Positions 12,379-25,744 of a stretch of DNA of 50,361 bases are shown piece by piece. Each line of letters starts with the position of its first letter. Position 1 is the stretch's first letter. The notes under the pieces were generated by a model. That model worked only from the letters and a program-made list of their open reading frames with translations. It was not told where the DNA came from and ran no database searches. A program made the translations under genes and the position numbers. The DNA comes from Alloascoidea hylecoeti (lineage: Eukaryota), in contig BCKZ01000038.1 of the NCBI GenBank assembly GCA_001600815.1, positions 55,819 to 106,179 of the forward strand, given 5' to 3'.

Positions 12379-15106
12379 CGGATCCCTTTTGATTTGTAAG
12401 TGCTCTAAGTTAGTATTTTGATCCGTATCGATGTTGGCTGATTATAATAATATGTTGGGTATTAAGTTTTGTTGGATTCTATATTAAGTAAGGATCGATA
12501 TTTAGTAGTTACCATATAGTTAGCCATTTCCACTTGTTTTGATAGAACAGATATATATACAATAAGAAACAGATAATAATTACATTCAAAAGATGTCAGA
12601 TATAATATGATCTGTAGTAGTCGATCAAAATATTATGACGGATTATAGCAAGTAATATTGTGAATATATATTAATAAAATAAAAGTATTAATAAAAGTGA
12701 AGTAATCGAACAAAAATATATGAATATTTATATTATAACTATGTATCAAACTATAAATAAAAAATTTCAAATATCTTATGCAGTATGGGAAGAGTGTTGT
12801 ATATAATGCGACTTATTTAATGGTATAGTGGATTAAAGTTGCTATATTATTTGCTATACTAAAATAGTAGATTATATCTATACGTAGTAGATATTCTCTT
12901 TTACTTTTACGCCCACAGCTAATAGCTGGTACCTCACAAAATTGGATTTGAAAGATGTTAAGAAATTTGATATTATTATTTTGTGTTTTGTTTTTAGTCT
13001 GCTATAAATAAAAATAATTGCTACAGTACATTAAAATGGTTATGTGTTGTTGATACGATCAAGCATCCATATAACCAGCATCACCAACTTAATTTTAAAA
13101 ACTATTTATAAATAATCGGTTTAACTTTGAATGTGCTGGAAATTTTCTTTCTCCCAGCTGTAGAGTTTTTTCTCTCTGGGAAACTTTCATTTAAAGGGTA
13201 TTAGTTTCAGAGTTGGCCAGCTGTTTCATGTCCTGTGGAGAGAGGAGAAATCGATACCAAAACAATCTTTTTAGTATTGCCATTATTATTAATTATTAAT
13301 TTAAAATATATTTTCAATCCAGTAAATCATTCTTTAAATTCTAAACATTCAACTAGGTCATTAGTAAAGATGTGGGACTTCTTTATCAAGCAATTAATTT
13401 AATTTTACATACATTTAGTACTGAATTATATGGAATTTTTTTCGGACCATGGATGGCTGACCTAATAACTTTATAATCTTTAATAGGTAATTATATTTAA
13501 AAATTTTCAAACCTATAAGCCATAAAACATTGCAAATAGTAGGAGAATTAGATTAATTAATTGATAAGAAGGTGTGGATGACATCTGTAATCGCAAGCTG
13601 AACTCTTATATAGGAAATTATGATGAAATATTGACCGATAAATAGAAGTACTAAAAGTATATTGTTAATAAACAGATAAATTGACCAAATACCTTTGAAT
13701 TCATAGTTGGCGTTGATTAACACATGACATCAAGAAACAATTCTTATGGTGTTTGTTATGAAAACCATCGTACATAAATACTTAACATTATAGCATTTGA
13801 AAGGGATATGGTTTTCTGAATAAAGTTCACATAGCTTTTTTCAATTCTTCTTTTCAATAAAACATGAGTAATTCCAGATAGCCCTGGAAGATGAATACAG
13901 ACAAACATCGTTAAATAAATTCTTTTGAAGTACAAAAACCAGTCATATTACAGCAATCAAATGGGTACAATTCAGACTTAATCAAAAGTGAATTTAAAGG
14001 AACTATTTTGACACTGTTCAGTAGGGTAAAACGTAAGAAAGGAAATCTATTTCCAAATACTCTTGAGTTGGAATTTAAAGGTGAAAATATTGATTTGAAT
14101 CTCTCTTAATACTTATAGTAATACATCAAACATCTATAATCGAGCGATACAAATCTACTTAATTGATCCTCTGTACATGTATGTATAATCGTTCTACATG
14201 ATAGTATAATGTGTGTGTGATTACTTATTCCTTTAGATACATGCTATTTTATAAAATAAAAACTTATTTTGTACGTAATCTTTCATTAATCAAAATAATT
14301 TCTTCTTCATTTACAAAACAAATACATGTAACTTATATCTATCATATAGTATACTGTCTGAATTATGAAATTAACTAAAATTTATACTTGTTGGTGGTTA
14401 TATTTTGAATACAGAGTTAAGTGAGTGTATTAAGTGAAATCTTTAAGCTACAACAAATCATCATTGCAGCTGAGAACTTGAGGAGTCGTGATAGTAGACA
14501 TTTGAGAAAATTCTTTATTTTTGGTCAAGTTATTGATTATTTTGTTTATAACAAGCCAAAAATTCTTGGTAGAGCTTCATTGTATGATTATTATTATTAA
14601 TGAGCTACACCACAATAGTTACGAATCTGCTGATGAAGTTTTTCGGTGCATAAATTTACGATATCTAATTCTTGGGGGGAGATAGGACTCACCACGGAAT
14701 ACGGAATACGGAGTACAAGGATGGAACGCGGGATTTGCAGGTTTATTAAACGACACTGAACTTTACAAGCTTAAGCTTGACAGACATTTAATACGAATAT
14801 GCGCTGTCTCGTATTTCTTTACTAACTGGTCTTTTCGAAAATAATTATATTAATACAGCTTATATGACCTCATAGCTGTTTGCAATTGCTTTTACATGCA
14901 CTATTCTTAGCTGTTATATGCCAGTAATGATGCACCTGACATTTTCATTAATATTTTCGACTAACTTTCAAAATGTGGTAATTATAAGCCGGCGGGGAGA
15001 ATATCATCAAATAATAATGTTACTTTTATTTGTAATTTAGGATAGAATTATAAATAGGGGAAAATATCCTCTTTATTCATCTTTCCTTGATCTAAATCTT
15101 TAAATA

Positions 15107-15532
15107 ATGGGTGCTTTTTCGTTCTTAAAAAGATTTAAATCTAAGTCTCGGAAATCCAAACACAATGATGACGAATCTGAGGAAGAGAGAAATAAAGATA
15201 AGAAGGTTAGAAATGAAGGTCTGGCATCAAGTGGCTCAGACGGTGCTACAGGGTTAACAGTACTTACTGATTTAACTCAACCAAATGACAATGGATCTGC
15301 TCATCACCATCATGATGGAAATTCTAAGGGAGGTGCAGATTCAAATCAAAACGCAACCACAGTTCGTGTAGGAGGTGGCCATGGTAGTGATGGTAGTCAT
15401 AGTCATGATGGTGGATATTCTGGAGGCCATTCAGGAGGACACTCCGGTGGTGATAGCGGAGGATATTCTGGTGGCGGAGGAGGTTGGGGAGGTGGAGACG
15501 GAGGGGGTGGTGGTGGCGGTGATCACTATTGA
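15107..15532 (+). CDS. Small protein: MG-hydrophobic-polybasic N-terminus and Gly/His/Ser-rich tail, copy 1
   Basis: 141-aa ORF starting MGAFSFLKRFKSKSRKSK. TATAAATAG about 55 bp upstream. Paralogues at 22530 and 32981. Confidence 0.75.
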   Translation: MGAFSFLKRFKSKSRKSKHNDDESEEERNKDKKVRNEGLASSGSDGATGLTVLTDLTQPNDNGSAHHHHDGNSKGGADSNQNATTVRVGGGHGSDGSHSHDGGYSGGHSGGHSGGDSGGYSGGGGGWGGGDGGGGGGGDHY

Positions 15533-15676
15533 GAGTTTGTAAATAAAGGGCTTTATAGCAAATACCGGTATATCACTCGTCAAAAATTCAATCCAGCTCC
15601 CCGTGTGCACATCTGTGTGCCAATATATCTCCTTAGTCATACCAATCACAATATACCCTGTTAAGTATAAGGGGCC

Positions 15677-15990
15677 TTATAGCAGGCACACTCAATGTTA
15701 ACGTTAGAGAATATCATTAGCATCTTTAGCGGTGTCATTTTTGCTGTCAAAATGAATCTAAAACGTATTGAAAAAATTAGAAATAATTTATAACCAAAAA
15801 AAAAAACTAACCTAAGAAGTAGTTTTATATAAACTTTAAATCAGAATCTAACGAATAATTCTTTAAAACTAATAATTGTCATTCACTCAAGATAGAAAAC
15901 TCAATTTTTTTTATTATAAATTTATTGACTAATTCTTAAAATTCAACATATATCCATTTCTCTATAAATATGAAGTAGTCTTAAATTTTC
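15677..15990 (+). repeat. ~0.3-kb dispersed non-coding repeat, copy 1
   Basis: Shares blocks such as TCAAAATGAA.CTAAAA, ATAGAAAACTCAATTT and CTAATT/CCTTAAAATTCAAC with 20925-21275 (+) and 31705-32040 (-). Ends approximate. Confidence 0.75.
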
Positions 15991-18153
15991 GGAAAATCAT
16001 CATATTCATAAGAAAATATGAGGAGCTTACTGAGAATTCGGATACTTCTGTTTTGATAAAAGTTTATTCACTTCCTTCTTTCCAGGCACTTGGGTCTTAA
16101 GAAACGCTCAAAAAATCATCCATCATTTGATGGCCCCTTTTTCATAGTCACTGAGATCTCGATACAAAAGCTTTACTGTATGCCCATATCGATTTATTGT
16201 CTAACAACCGTTCACCTTTATGCACCATAAAAACCACTAAATTTAAAACAATATTTTAAAATTCAATAAAATTATTTGCATTGTCTATACCAAAATATTT
16301 AATGAGACTTAGAGAAACTGGAAAATATTTTTCAGAGATTTTGGAAATCTTTTCTTTCGTTCAGCAGGTGGAATACATCATAAAGATGGATCAGCAGCCT
16401 TTGAATATTCTGCCACAAAAATAATCAACAATCTACGCGTGTTCTTAGATCTACGATCTTGTTATTATATAGATTATGGTATAGTCCATAGTTTCTCTTT
16501 CTTATTCCTCTCGTGTGATTATTGTCTGGCTTTACTTGTTGACAGATTATCTCGTGTTACTTCCCTAGATCCCATTTAGAACTGTCACGTTTATTGTGTT
16601 GCAATAGTTTATCGTCTCGTCCTTAGTGTTTTACTGTTATTAAGTATTACTTTGTGAAGCTGAATACAATACAATAATACATATAAAAAACTTTTTACTT
16701 TTGATCACATTTACATTTTTTAATTATACGAACACTTCGTATGACATTGACACGTACGGGGATATCCAAAGTATCAACGTGCATGCATATTTTATCACCG
16801 TTTTTGCTTGAGCCCAGTCAGGGAGTAAAGAAAAAGTATTTTTAAGTTTAACATACCGCCTCATTGCAATCCGATAGAATAAAAAAAAGAGCGCGGAAAT
16901 TCTATTTGCAATTTATATATCCAGGTATATATTTAAAATTGTCACTTGATGGTGTTGTTGGTTGGTGGTGATGGATCAAAAAAGGGTGTAGGAAATGCAC
17001 TTCATTTTAGATGATCACCATATACCAACTGTGGTGTTGAAAACATTTTTGTGACGCCCACCATACATGTATGTCACTGATCCTACTATCACCTACATGG
17101 TAGATCTTGCTCAATATATTGTAATATAACAATAATTAATCACATATTAAACTAAATATTGTGTCAGTACATCCGTTGTCAGAGGGGATAAAACATTCCT
17201 CTTCTTTCAATTCGTTAAAATTGACCGCTTTCATTTAAATTTATAATCGGATCTAACTTATAATTAGGTCCGGATCAATTTACCTATGATATATGTACAT
17301 GTATCTAGTTATTCAAAAATTCAACATTAGTTTACTGCAAGAATTTATTGTAGAACTCAGCTATGCATGCATATACTAAGAATTTATCACTCTCCGGATT
17401 AACTTCTGTGTATTATGCACTCCAGAAGGTTCAAAATCGTAAGTTTTACATGTATTATGCATATGCATATGCATATACGTACAATTGGATTTAATAAATG
17501 ATATATTTAATAGGTTACTATCGGAAATTCGAACGGGAATTTACAATATATACAATACGAGAAGCTTACCCACAAAATATACAATATTATACATACGTAT
17601 TAATATCCAAACTTTTAATAGAACCTACTTCATTTATATAAATAATCTCCAGATTTGACTGGTTACAATTGCAAGCATATATAAACCTTACACTTCTAAT
17701 GTCCCAGCGCTTAGATGGATCTACCATAATAAGAGATCTCGAGAGAAGATGAAAAACTTATGATTATTGTAATTGTATATAACGCGTTACAGGATTATGC
17801 TATACATAATTATATATTGCAATTGGTATTTTAAATTATTTGGCTAAATATTTAGTATTATTTTCGATTATTTTTCATCACGTACGTTCCATAGACAACG
17901 TTTAAATCTCCTTAAAAGTTTGAATTAATCTTAAGGTTAATGGTTGAATATCATACCACTAACTGTACATCTACAGTCATTTATAATTATACTACCTAGA
18001 TACCGATATACTTAAAAAATACATAGAATCAAGGCTTGAAATAATCAACAATTCATACGTCTGATATCACTAATAAGTTATTTTATATCAGCAGCTATAT
18101 ATATAGACCTATAAATCTAAAGAAATTCCAATTGATACACTCATAAAAATATA

Positions 18154-19525
18154 ATGTTTGAAAAGCTCTTAGCCTTTGGAACCTCATTACTTATTGCTAC
18201 AGCTGGCTCTAATGCCGCTCCAATGTATGTCTTTAAATTTATGAATTAGCTGCTTTAATTGTTATATTTATGCTCATTTGGGAATAATTATGAGGCTAAC
18301 ATGAACTTCTTTTATTAGTAACAAAGATCTCATGAAAAGAGATACTTATTCAAGTTCAATCAATGTGACAAGAGGTGTAAATCTTGGTGGTTGGTTTGTT
18401 TTGGAACCATGGATCACTCCTTCTTTGTTTGAAGCTTTCAATGATACTGTTCCCGTTGATGAATATCACTTATGTGAATATTTAGGGGAAGATGAAGCAA
18501 AAATTGTTATGAATAAACATTGGGATACATTTTACAAAAAAAGTGATTTTTATAAAATTGCAGAATATGGATTTAATACTGTTAGAATACCAATTGGATA
18601 TTGGGCATTCGAACTTCGTGATACTGATCCATTTATCCAAGGTGCTGCTGATTATTTGGACAAGGCACTTGAATGGTCTAGGGATGCAGGGTTAAAGGTT
18701 TGGATCGATGTTCATGGTCAACCTGGTTCTCAAAATGGCTTTGATAATTCGGGTCTTAGGGGTGTTTATGAATGGTATGGAGATAATATGACGTTATCAG
18801 TAAAGGTTTTAACAGAGATTGCTGAAAAATATGGACAGTCTAATTATGAAGATGTTGTTGCCGGTATTGAACTCGTTAATGAACCAAATGCTACATATTA
18901 TGGTGATGACTATCTTAAATCATTTTATGAAAAAAGTTATGAAGCTATAAGAAATGTTTCTAACACTACAATTATACTTCATGATGGCTATATATACCTT
19001 CGAGGAGGTGATTACAGATATTATTGGAATGATTACATGTCTTCTCCAGAATATACTGATGTTATTATGGATACTCATAGATATCAATTTTATCAAACAA
19101 ACAAATCATTAACTATCGATGGCTTTATTGAAAATGCTTGTGAATCAGGTAGAGAAATTAAGAATTTGACTCTCACAACTATTACTGGTGAATGGTCTGC
19201 CGCAATGACCGATTGCACAAGATGGATTGATGGTGGCGTTGGTATTGGTAGTGTTTATGATGGCACAAAGGGAGGCAATGGTGCTGTTTACATGGGTAGT
19301 TGTGCGCAGATTAATGATATATTCGAATGGAGTGAGCAAAAGAAAATCAATACTAGAAAGTTTGTTGAAGCTCAAATGGATGCTTACGAACAAGGTGATG
19401 GATGGATATTTTGGACATTCAAAACAGAACGTTCAGCTGAATGGACTATTGATACATTAATAGAATATGATTTATTCCCACAACCATTAACAGATCGTAA
19501 ATACCCAAATCAATGTGGTTATTAA
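18154..19525 (+). CDS. EXG1: Secreted GH5 exo-beta-1,3-glucanase (Exg1 family). Exon 1 18154-18224, intron 18225-18318
   Basis: RGVNLGGWFVLEPWITPSLF, VRIPIGYW, HGQPGSQNGFDNSG, catalytic NEP and GEWS motifs. Exon 1 supplies a signal peptide (MFEKLLAFGTSLLIATAGSNA). The GTATGT/GCTAAC/TAG intron joins in frame and a KR (Kex2-type) site follows. Exact orthology within the Exg1/Spr1 family is not established. Confidence 0.92.
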
Positions 19526-20051
19526 TTATCTTTATAGTTTAAATATGAGAACCATTCTTTTCTTTCTTATCTTTTATTTTCCGATTCCGAATAACGATTT
19601 ATGGCCTTTTGAAAATATATACATTTTTTAATAAACAAGATTATGACTTCTATTTTAGCTTGATAAACGCTAACACTTAAATATTGATCCTTGAGTAACA
19701 GTCTGAAATATAAAGTACTTTTGAACTCGAGGATTAATATTTCAATTAGTATAACTTCGTAGAAAAAATTTAAATCTTCATTTACAATTGAACTTAATGA
19801 AAGTAATATGATAAATAGAACTCAATTGTTCAGCTCAGTGTAGAAAGATTGAATTTTTATCTGTGTAGATACAAGCATATAAAAAAAAAAAGAATACTGC
19901 TACTGCCAGCTACGATTAAAACCTAACTACATATATGAGGTTGAAAATACTTGGTAAATCAAAAGAAACTAAGTATAAAAGTATAAAAATGATGGAATAT
20001 AATTTTAGTTATACTTCACTTGATCATACAATTGAAGCATACTATGTATCA

Positions 20052-20589
20052 TGTTAAAGTTCACCTTATACAATCAAAAGTTTCTAATAAAATTATGTTG
20101 ACTAGTTAAGTCAGTGCAAATTGACACAACAATATATATATATGTAAATAGTTTGATAGATATTTAAACTCCACGACTTAAATACAAAATTTTAACATCA
20201 ATATTATCAATATATTTATACTAATTAATACACGAACTAAAGGTATTAATAACTGTAAATAAGATAATTAGAATGGAAGATAAACCATCAACAAGTAGAT
20301 ATACGGCCAATAGTCTTGGTCCACAAGTCGTCGATCTCTCAAAAAGAGCCAAGAATATGGAAGATTCAAATGCCTTGATGACTAAGACTATTGGCTGTAT
20401 ATCTACTTGTTGATGGTTTATCTTCCATTCTAATTATCTTATTTACAGTTATTAATACCTTTAGTTTGTGTATTAATTAATATCTATCAAACTATTTACA
20501 TATATATTGTTGTGTCAATTTGCACTGACTAAATTAGTCAACATAATTTTATTTTAGAAACTTTTAATTATATAAGGTGAACTTTAACA
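20052..20589. mobile_element. 538-bp fold-back (palindromic) element with TG..CA ends and a 5-bp TSD
   Basis: Starts TGTTAAAGTTCACCTTATA and ends TATAAGGTGAACTTTAACA. Arms 20052-20317 and 20384-20589 are inverted copies. TATCA flanks both sides (20047-20051, 20590-20594). The left ~335 bp matches 33743-34080. Confidence 0.88.
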
Positions 20590-20924
20590 TATCACAATTG
20601 TAAACAAGCATTTAAGATGATAAATTAAGTTATGTGAACAAGAAGAATAGACTTCCTCGAACCAGATGAACTTATCGCTTTGTTCAAACCCCAATTTATC
20701 AGCCTCTTATATGTTTCTAATCATCATTAGGTAGAGAGGTTTTGTTACTATATTTTATAGTCCATTTAAATACATAATATTCATGTGTATTATAGTGCTA
20801 TAATCAACACACCCACATTCATATAAATCTAATCGTGACATATCACATAGTATATTATCCTCTAGATCTAGTCGCGCTCGATATAATGATAAGAGAACTA
20901 TCTCTTTACCTGCAATTTCACGGC

Positions 20925-21275
20925 TGAAAAATAGTAACCACACCCAAAATCATGATATAAACGTTATATTAGTCCATCTGTTTAGTATCATTTCTATCAA
21001 AATGAACCTAAAATGGAATAAAAAAACAACTAATATAATTTATAAAAATAGGAAGATTTACCTGAAGTAGCTTTATATAAATATTCTATAAATCGGATTC
21101 GAAATGGATAATTCCTTTAAGATATAATTAAAAAAAAGATATTGACCATTAAAAGATAGCTATAGAAAACTCAATTTATTTTATAATACATAATAATAAA
21201 TTTGTCAACTAATCCTTAAAATTCAACGTATAATCATTTTTTCTTTATAAATATATAGAGTAGTCCCAAATGTTC
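20925..21275 (+). repeat. ~0.3-kb dispersed non-coding repeat, copy 2
   Basis: Homologous to 15677-15990 and, inverted, to 31705-32040. Confidence 0.75.
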
Positions 21276-22529
21276 ATAAGATATTCATTAGCTTTATAAG
21301 AATAATTGTATTTTTCAACAAATTCACCAGAGGCGAATACGGATTAAGATGAATTAAAAAGGGTAAAACTTGTTGTGCTAAAAGGGGTAAATTTCCCACT
21401 AGTTTTTCTCTCCAATATCCCACTATTGTTGTTCCGGTTGGAGCATCCGTGACTAATTCAATTACAACTAGCCAGGTTCGAGGGGTAATTATAGCCCCTT
21501 AGTTTTTGGAACTTTATTATTTTACAACCGTTAACATATTGGATCACGTGTACAATGAAAACCATAATTCTTCGCTCATAGGATTCGATCAATATTCACT
21601 TTTTTGTTGCTTCGTAATATTCAGAGTGATTTTCTTTATTAACGGGACCAGAAGTGATTGTGATTGTTGTAAGTTAAAGTTGTTTTTGCTTGAGTTATAT
21701 TTTTGAAACGAGAAAGTATGTTTTTAGAGGTCAATGCCTGGTATTGATAATCATATATTTTCAAGAAACCCACTATCTTAGCATCGGCAAAGAGATATAA
21801 ATTGTTTCAGTTGTAGTTCTTGTGTCACTTCTTTTGGTGGATATCTGACCGTTGTTCGTGGACCAGCCCTATATGGAAGGCTTATCTAGAATTTGAATGT
21901 TAATAAACTAAATAAAGACTTTTAACAACAGATTACAAATATATCAATATTTCTTACTTTTGGTTCCAACCAAATCTACGACTCTGTTGATATGCATAGT
22001 TATGCATCATCGATATCAAAGTAGATCTTACAAGTTATCACGGGATATAGAACCGCGTGGGTTATTATCTTATTGGCATAGATTATTAGCTTATAGGTGG
22101 TTTGATATACCGGTCTACGTCATTAGCAACCCCATTTCTGCCCATGCTAGATTTGGCAATAAGTTACCAGTAACTGTGAAAGGTACCTATAAACAGCCGA
22201 TTTTTATATCTATTATTATGTCATAGCTATCAACCAGTTTAATTGAAACACTATTTTTAGCTCTTATATCTATCATACATGACCGTGATGAATGCATTTT
22301 ACGTTTTATTAATGGTTGCCACCAACTAGTAATTGTAAAATAAGTAGGCAGGGCATAACTGCCAATAACCATAACATTCATATCATGTCATTAGCAATAC
22401 ATATTACGGTTTATTTGTGATTTGGGTTATACCTTATGAACATATTTATATAAATAGAGGATAAGACCCCCTTTTTGATTCATTCATTAATTCTTGGCTT
22501 CTAAACTCTTTACAATTATTTCAAAAGCA

Positions 22530-22955
22530 ATGGGGTTTTTTTCATTCTTGAAATCTAAATCTAAATCTCGGAAATCTAAAGAAAATGATCAAGAATCTGA
22601 AAAGAAAAATAAAAAAGTTAGAAATCAATATATAAGATCTGGTGGTACCAATGGTGGTGGTGGTGCTGGATTAACAGGATATGGTGTTATTCCAATTGAC
22701 AATGGATCAGGTAATCATCATGGAAATACAGGAGGTACTGATTCAAACCCAACTGTTCATACAGGAGGTGGTCATGGCCATGGTGGATACTCTGGTGGCG
22801 ATTATGGAGGAGGTTGTTCAGGAGGCCATTCAGGTGGCCATTCAGGTGGATACTCTGGTGGTGATAGTGGTGGTGGATACTCTGGAGGTGGTGGTGATGG
22901 CGGTGGAGGAGGAGGAGGAGGAGGAGATGGAGGTGGCGGTGGCGGTGGATGCTGA
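22530..22955 (+). CDS. Small basic/Gly-rich protein, copy 2 (start at ATG 22530, not the upstream TTG)
   Basis: MGFFSFLKSKSKSRKSK aligns with the start of copy 1. GGYSGG/GGHSGG repeats. Shared TATAAATAG promoter block. Confidence 0.75.
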   Translation: MGFFSFLKSKSKSRKSKENDQESEKKNKKVRNQYIRSGGTNGGGGAGLTGYGVIPIDNGSGNHHGNTGGTDSNPTVHTGGGHGHGGYSGGDYGGGCSGGHSGGHSGGYSGGDSGGGYSGGGGDGGGGGGGGGDGGGGGGGC

Positions 22956-23182
22956 TTGCCAATTGCTTGCTACAAATTAATAATATTAATATTTCATTTG
23001 ATAGGGTTATAAATTTAACTTTGATGTCTTTAAAATTTGACAGTTTTTCGTATTTCTCGTAAAATCAGTTGATTAGTCAGCTCACTACGGTGAATAATCG
23101 CCTGCTCAATTACAGCACGTGATATCTTCATTTGTGTCAAAATTAGATTCGAAGACTCCTTATTATCAGATATTCAAAGAAA

Positions 23183-23779
23183 ATGGGAGCCAGTGCATCA
23201 CAAATCATAGATCAAGTTGTTGAAGGGACAAATTGTAAGTTACAATCTTTCTAATATTATTCTATTTTGTTTTATCAAGAATACTAAAGTTTGAGAAACT
23301 ATATAGTTGATAGGGAGGAAGTTGATCGTCTTAGTAGGCGTTTCATGAAAATTGATAAGGATGGATCAGGTACAATTGACAAAGAAGAATTTTTGTCTAT
23401 TCCAGGTATTGCAACAAATCCATTAGGCACAAGACTTATTGATATATTTGATGAAGATGGAGGAGGAGATGTTGATTTTGAAGAATTTATATCAGCATTA
23501 TCAACATTTTCATCAAAGGGTACAAAAATTGAAAAATTAAAATTTGCTTTTAAAATTTATGATATTGACAGAGATGGATTTATATCAAATGGTGAATTAT
23601 TTTTGGTTTTAAAAATGATGGTTGGTAAAAATTTAGAAGAAGAACAGTTACAGCAAATTGTTGATAAAACAATTATGGAAGCAGATGAAGATGGAGACGG
23701 GAAATTAGATTTTGAAGAATTTGTCAAAGCAACTGCTCATTCTGGTGTTAGTGAAGCCTTAACATTAGCGAATTTTTAA
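23183..23779 (+). CDS. CNB1: Calcineurin regulatory subunit B. Exon 1 23183-23234, intron 23235-23306
   Basis: Four EF-hands ([48 protein letters not shown]). Exon 1 gives the myristoylation-type start MGASAS. The GTAAGT..TAG intron restores [11 protein letters not shown]. Confidence 0.97.
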
Positions 23780-23865
23780 ACTATTATAAATAATACATTG
23801 ATGGATGGTTAGCATATAAATATACAATTTGAATGACTTTTAGTGTGTATTATTGTCAAGCCAGA

Positions 23866-24045
23866 TGCCAACTAGATGCCAACTAGATGGGCTTGGCATG
23901 TAATCGGCATTATTGGCACGTTTGGATATGAAACAATTGGCATGTCGTAATTACTGGTTGAATATTAATAATATTAGTAATCCGTGGCGCGTACTTGGCT
24001 CTGATTGGCTGAAATTGGATGAGCACGCTAACTTTGTTTTTGGCA
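23866..24045. promoter_or_regulatory. Cluster of TGCCAA/GCCAAG motifs (candidate Rim101/PacC sites) upstream of the SIS gene
   Basis: TGCCAA or its complement at 23866, 23877, 23893, 23913, 23937 and 24040. Exact GCCAAG (minus strand) at 23892 and 23994. Confidence 0.4.
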
Positions 24046-24175
24046 CAATCGCACGTTTATAATTTTCGATTTAATCTCCGACTCCGACACTTCAAAAAAT
24101 TATAAATATTTAAATTAGTCAACTTTTCTACTTTCTACTTTTTTTATATTTATTCAACATTATTTATTGATCAAT

Positions 24176-25501
24176 ATGGAAACTTCAAAAGAATATCCTG
24201 CTCATATGCTTAGTAGAACGTTATCAATTTTATCAACTCAATCATCTGCTTTAAACCATTTAATTAATTTATATTCAAATGATAATTATACACAAACTAA
24301 CTTCGCCCATTCAATAAGTTTATTGCAATCATGTATATTAAAAGGTGGTAAAATCGTTATAACAGGAGTTGGAAAATCTTTAAAAATTGCTGATAAATTG
24401 GTTGTTACATTACATAGTTTATCAATACCATCAAATATTTTACATCCTTCAGATGCTTTACATGGTGATTTAGGTCTTATAAATGAATCAAAAGATTTAC
24501 TATTAATGATTACTGCAAGTGGTGAAACCCCCGAATTAATTAATATGTTGAAACATTTATCTTCAAATTTAGTTAAAATTTGTTTAACTTGTGTTGTTGA
24601 TTCAAATTTAGCTTTAAAATCAAATGGTATTTTACATGTTGAATTACCAAAAAAATATTCTGAAAAAGTTTTATATGGTTTACCTGCTCCAACAATTTCA
24701 ACTACTTTATGTCTTATTATTGGTGATGCTGCTTGTATTACTTTAGCTGAATTATTAGTTAAAGATGAAGAAATTAGAAAAGAAAATTTTGGTAAACATC
24801 ATCCTGGTGGCTTAATTGGTAAAACTTTTAATACAGAAAAATCTGAAAAATCAATATCTTTAAAATCAAATTTAACTACAAATATCATTAATAATAATAT
24901 ATCTTCACCATCATCATCTATTTCTTTAGTTGATTTTGTGGATAAGTTAAATAATTCTTGTTTTACCTCCGATACAAGCGTAACGGACGCGGATGTACAG
25001 ACGGATGCACATGCAGATAATGATACCGATGTTGATAACGACGCATTGAAACTAAAGAATTTAAATGAACAAAAAAGAAATTTATCATTTAATGATAATT
25101 TTTTTGAAATATTTACAAATGATTTTTCAACAACATCATTATCATCATTAAATAACATTAGAAAAAATCAATATAATAATCAACAACAAAATCAAAATCA
25201 ACAAGAAATTTTAAAAACAATTTCAAATTTATCAATTGATAAATTAGATTATCCAAATAATGAATTAAATTTATTACAAAATATTATAACAAAAGATATA
25301 ATTATATTTACAAATTTAAAAAAAATTATTAAAAATTTAAATTTTCCACAAAATTTATCACAACAATTACAATTAAAAGATTCAATTACTATTTCTACAA
25401 ATGATATTTATTCAATTATTAAAAAAATTGATAAATTTGATAATGATAGATGGAATAAAATAACTAATCAAATTATAAATTTAGGAATTCAAAATATATA
25501 A
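24176..25501 (+). CDS. SIS-domain sugar-phosphate isomerase-like protein (KdsD/GutQ/KpsF family) with a low-complexity C-terminus
   Basis: GKIVITGVGKS, LHPSDALHGDLG, SGETPEL, APTISTT...GDA and HPGG motifs. First ATG at 24176. Confidence 0.88.
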   Translation: METSKEYPAHMLSRTLSILSTQSSALNHLINLYSNDNYTQTNFAHSISLLQSCILKGGKIVITGVGKSLKIADKLVVTLHSLSIPSNILHPSDALHGDLGLINESKDLLLMITASGETPELINMLKHLSSNLVKICLTCVVDSNLALKSNGILHVELPKKYSEKVLYGLPAPTISTTLCLIIGDAACITLAELLVKDEEIRKENFGKHHPGGLIGKTFNTEKSEKSISLKSNLTTNIINNNISSPSSSISLVDFVDKLNNSCFTSDTSVTDADVQTDAHADNDTDVDNDALKLKNLNEQKRNLSFNDNFFEIFTNDFSTTSLSSLNNIRKNQYNNQQQNQNQQEILKTISNLSIDKLDYPNNELNLLQNIITKDIIIFTNLKKIIKNLNFPQNLSQQLQLKDSITISTNDIYSIIKKIDKFDNDRWNKITNQIINLGIQNI

Positions 25502-25744
25502 CATTTCATAATAAATTATATATATGGACCTTTGATCATAAATCATTATATGATATGATATATGATATTAAAGATATAGCTAGAGGATGAAAATAATTAT
25601 TGATTTTTAAAATAATGTTAATGTTACTTATTAGTTTTAGATATACATTTTATTTTATAGAAACTATATTTTTAGAATATATATTTTGTTTATATTTATT
25701 AGAGACTTTTTGTTATAATATATACTAATCATATTAATGAGACT

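Noticed and set aside
14694..14716. ACGGAAT x3 short tandem repeat
   Set aside because: Too short, and no supported function.
16440..16685. LTR-looking stretch (TGTT.. to ..ATACA)
   Set aside because: No second copy in the window, no TSD and ambiguous ends.
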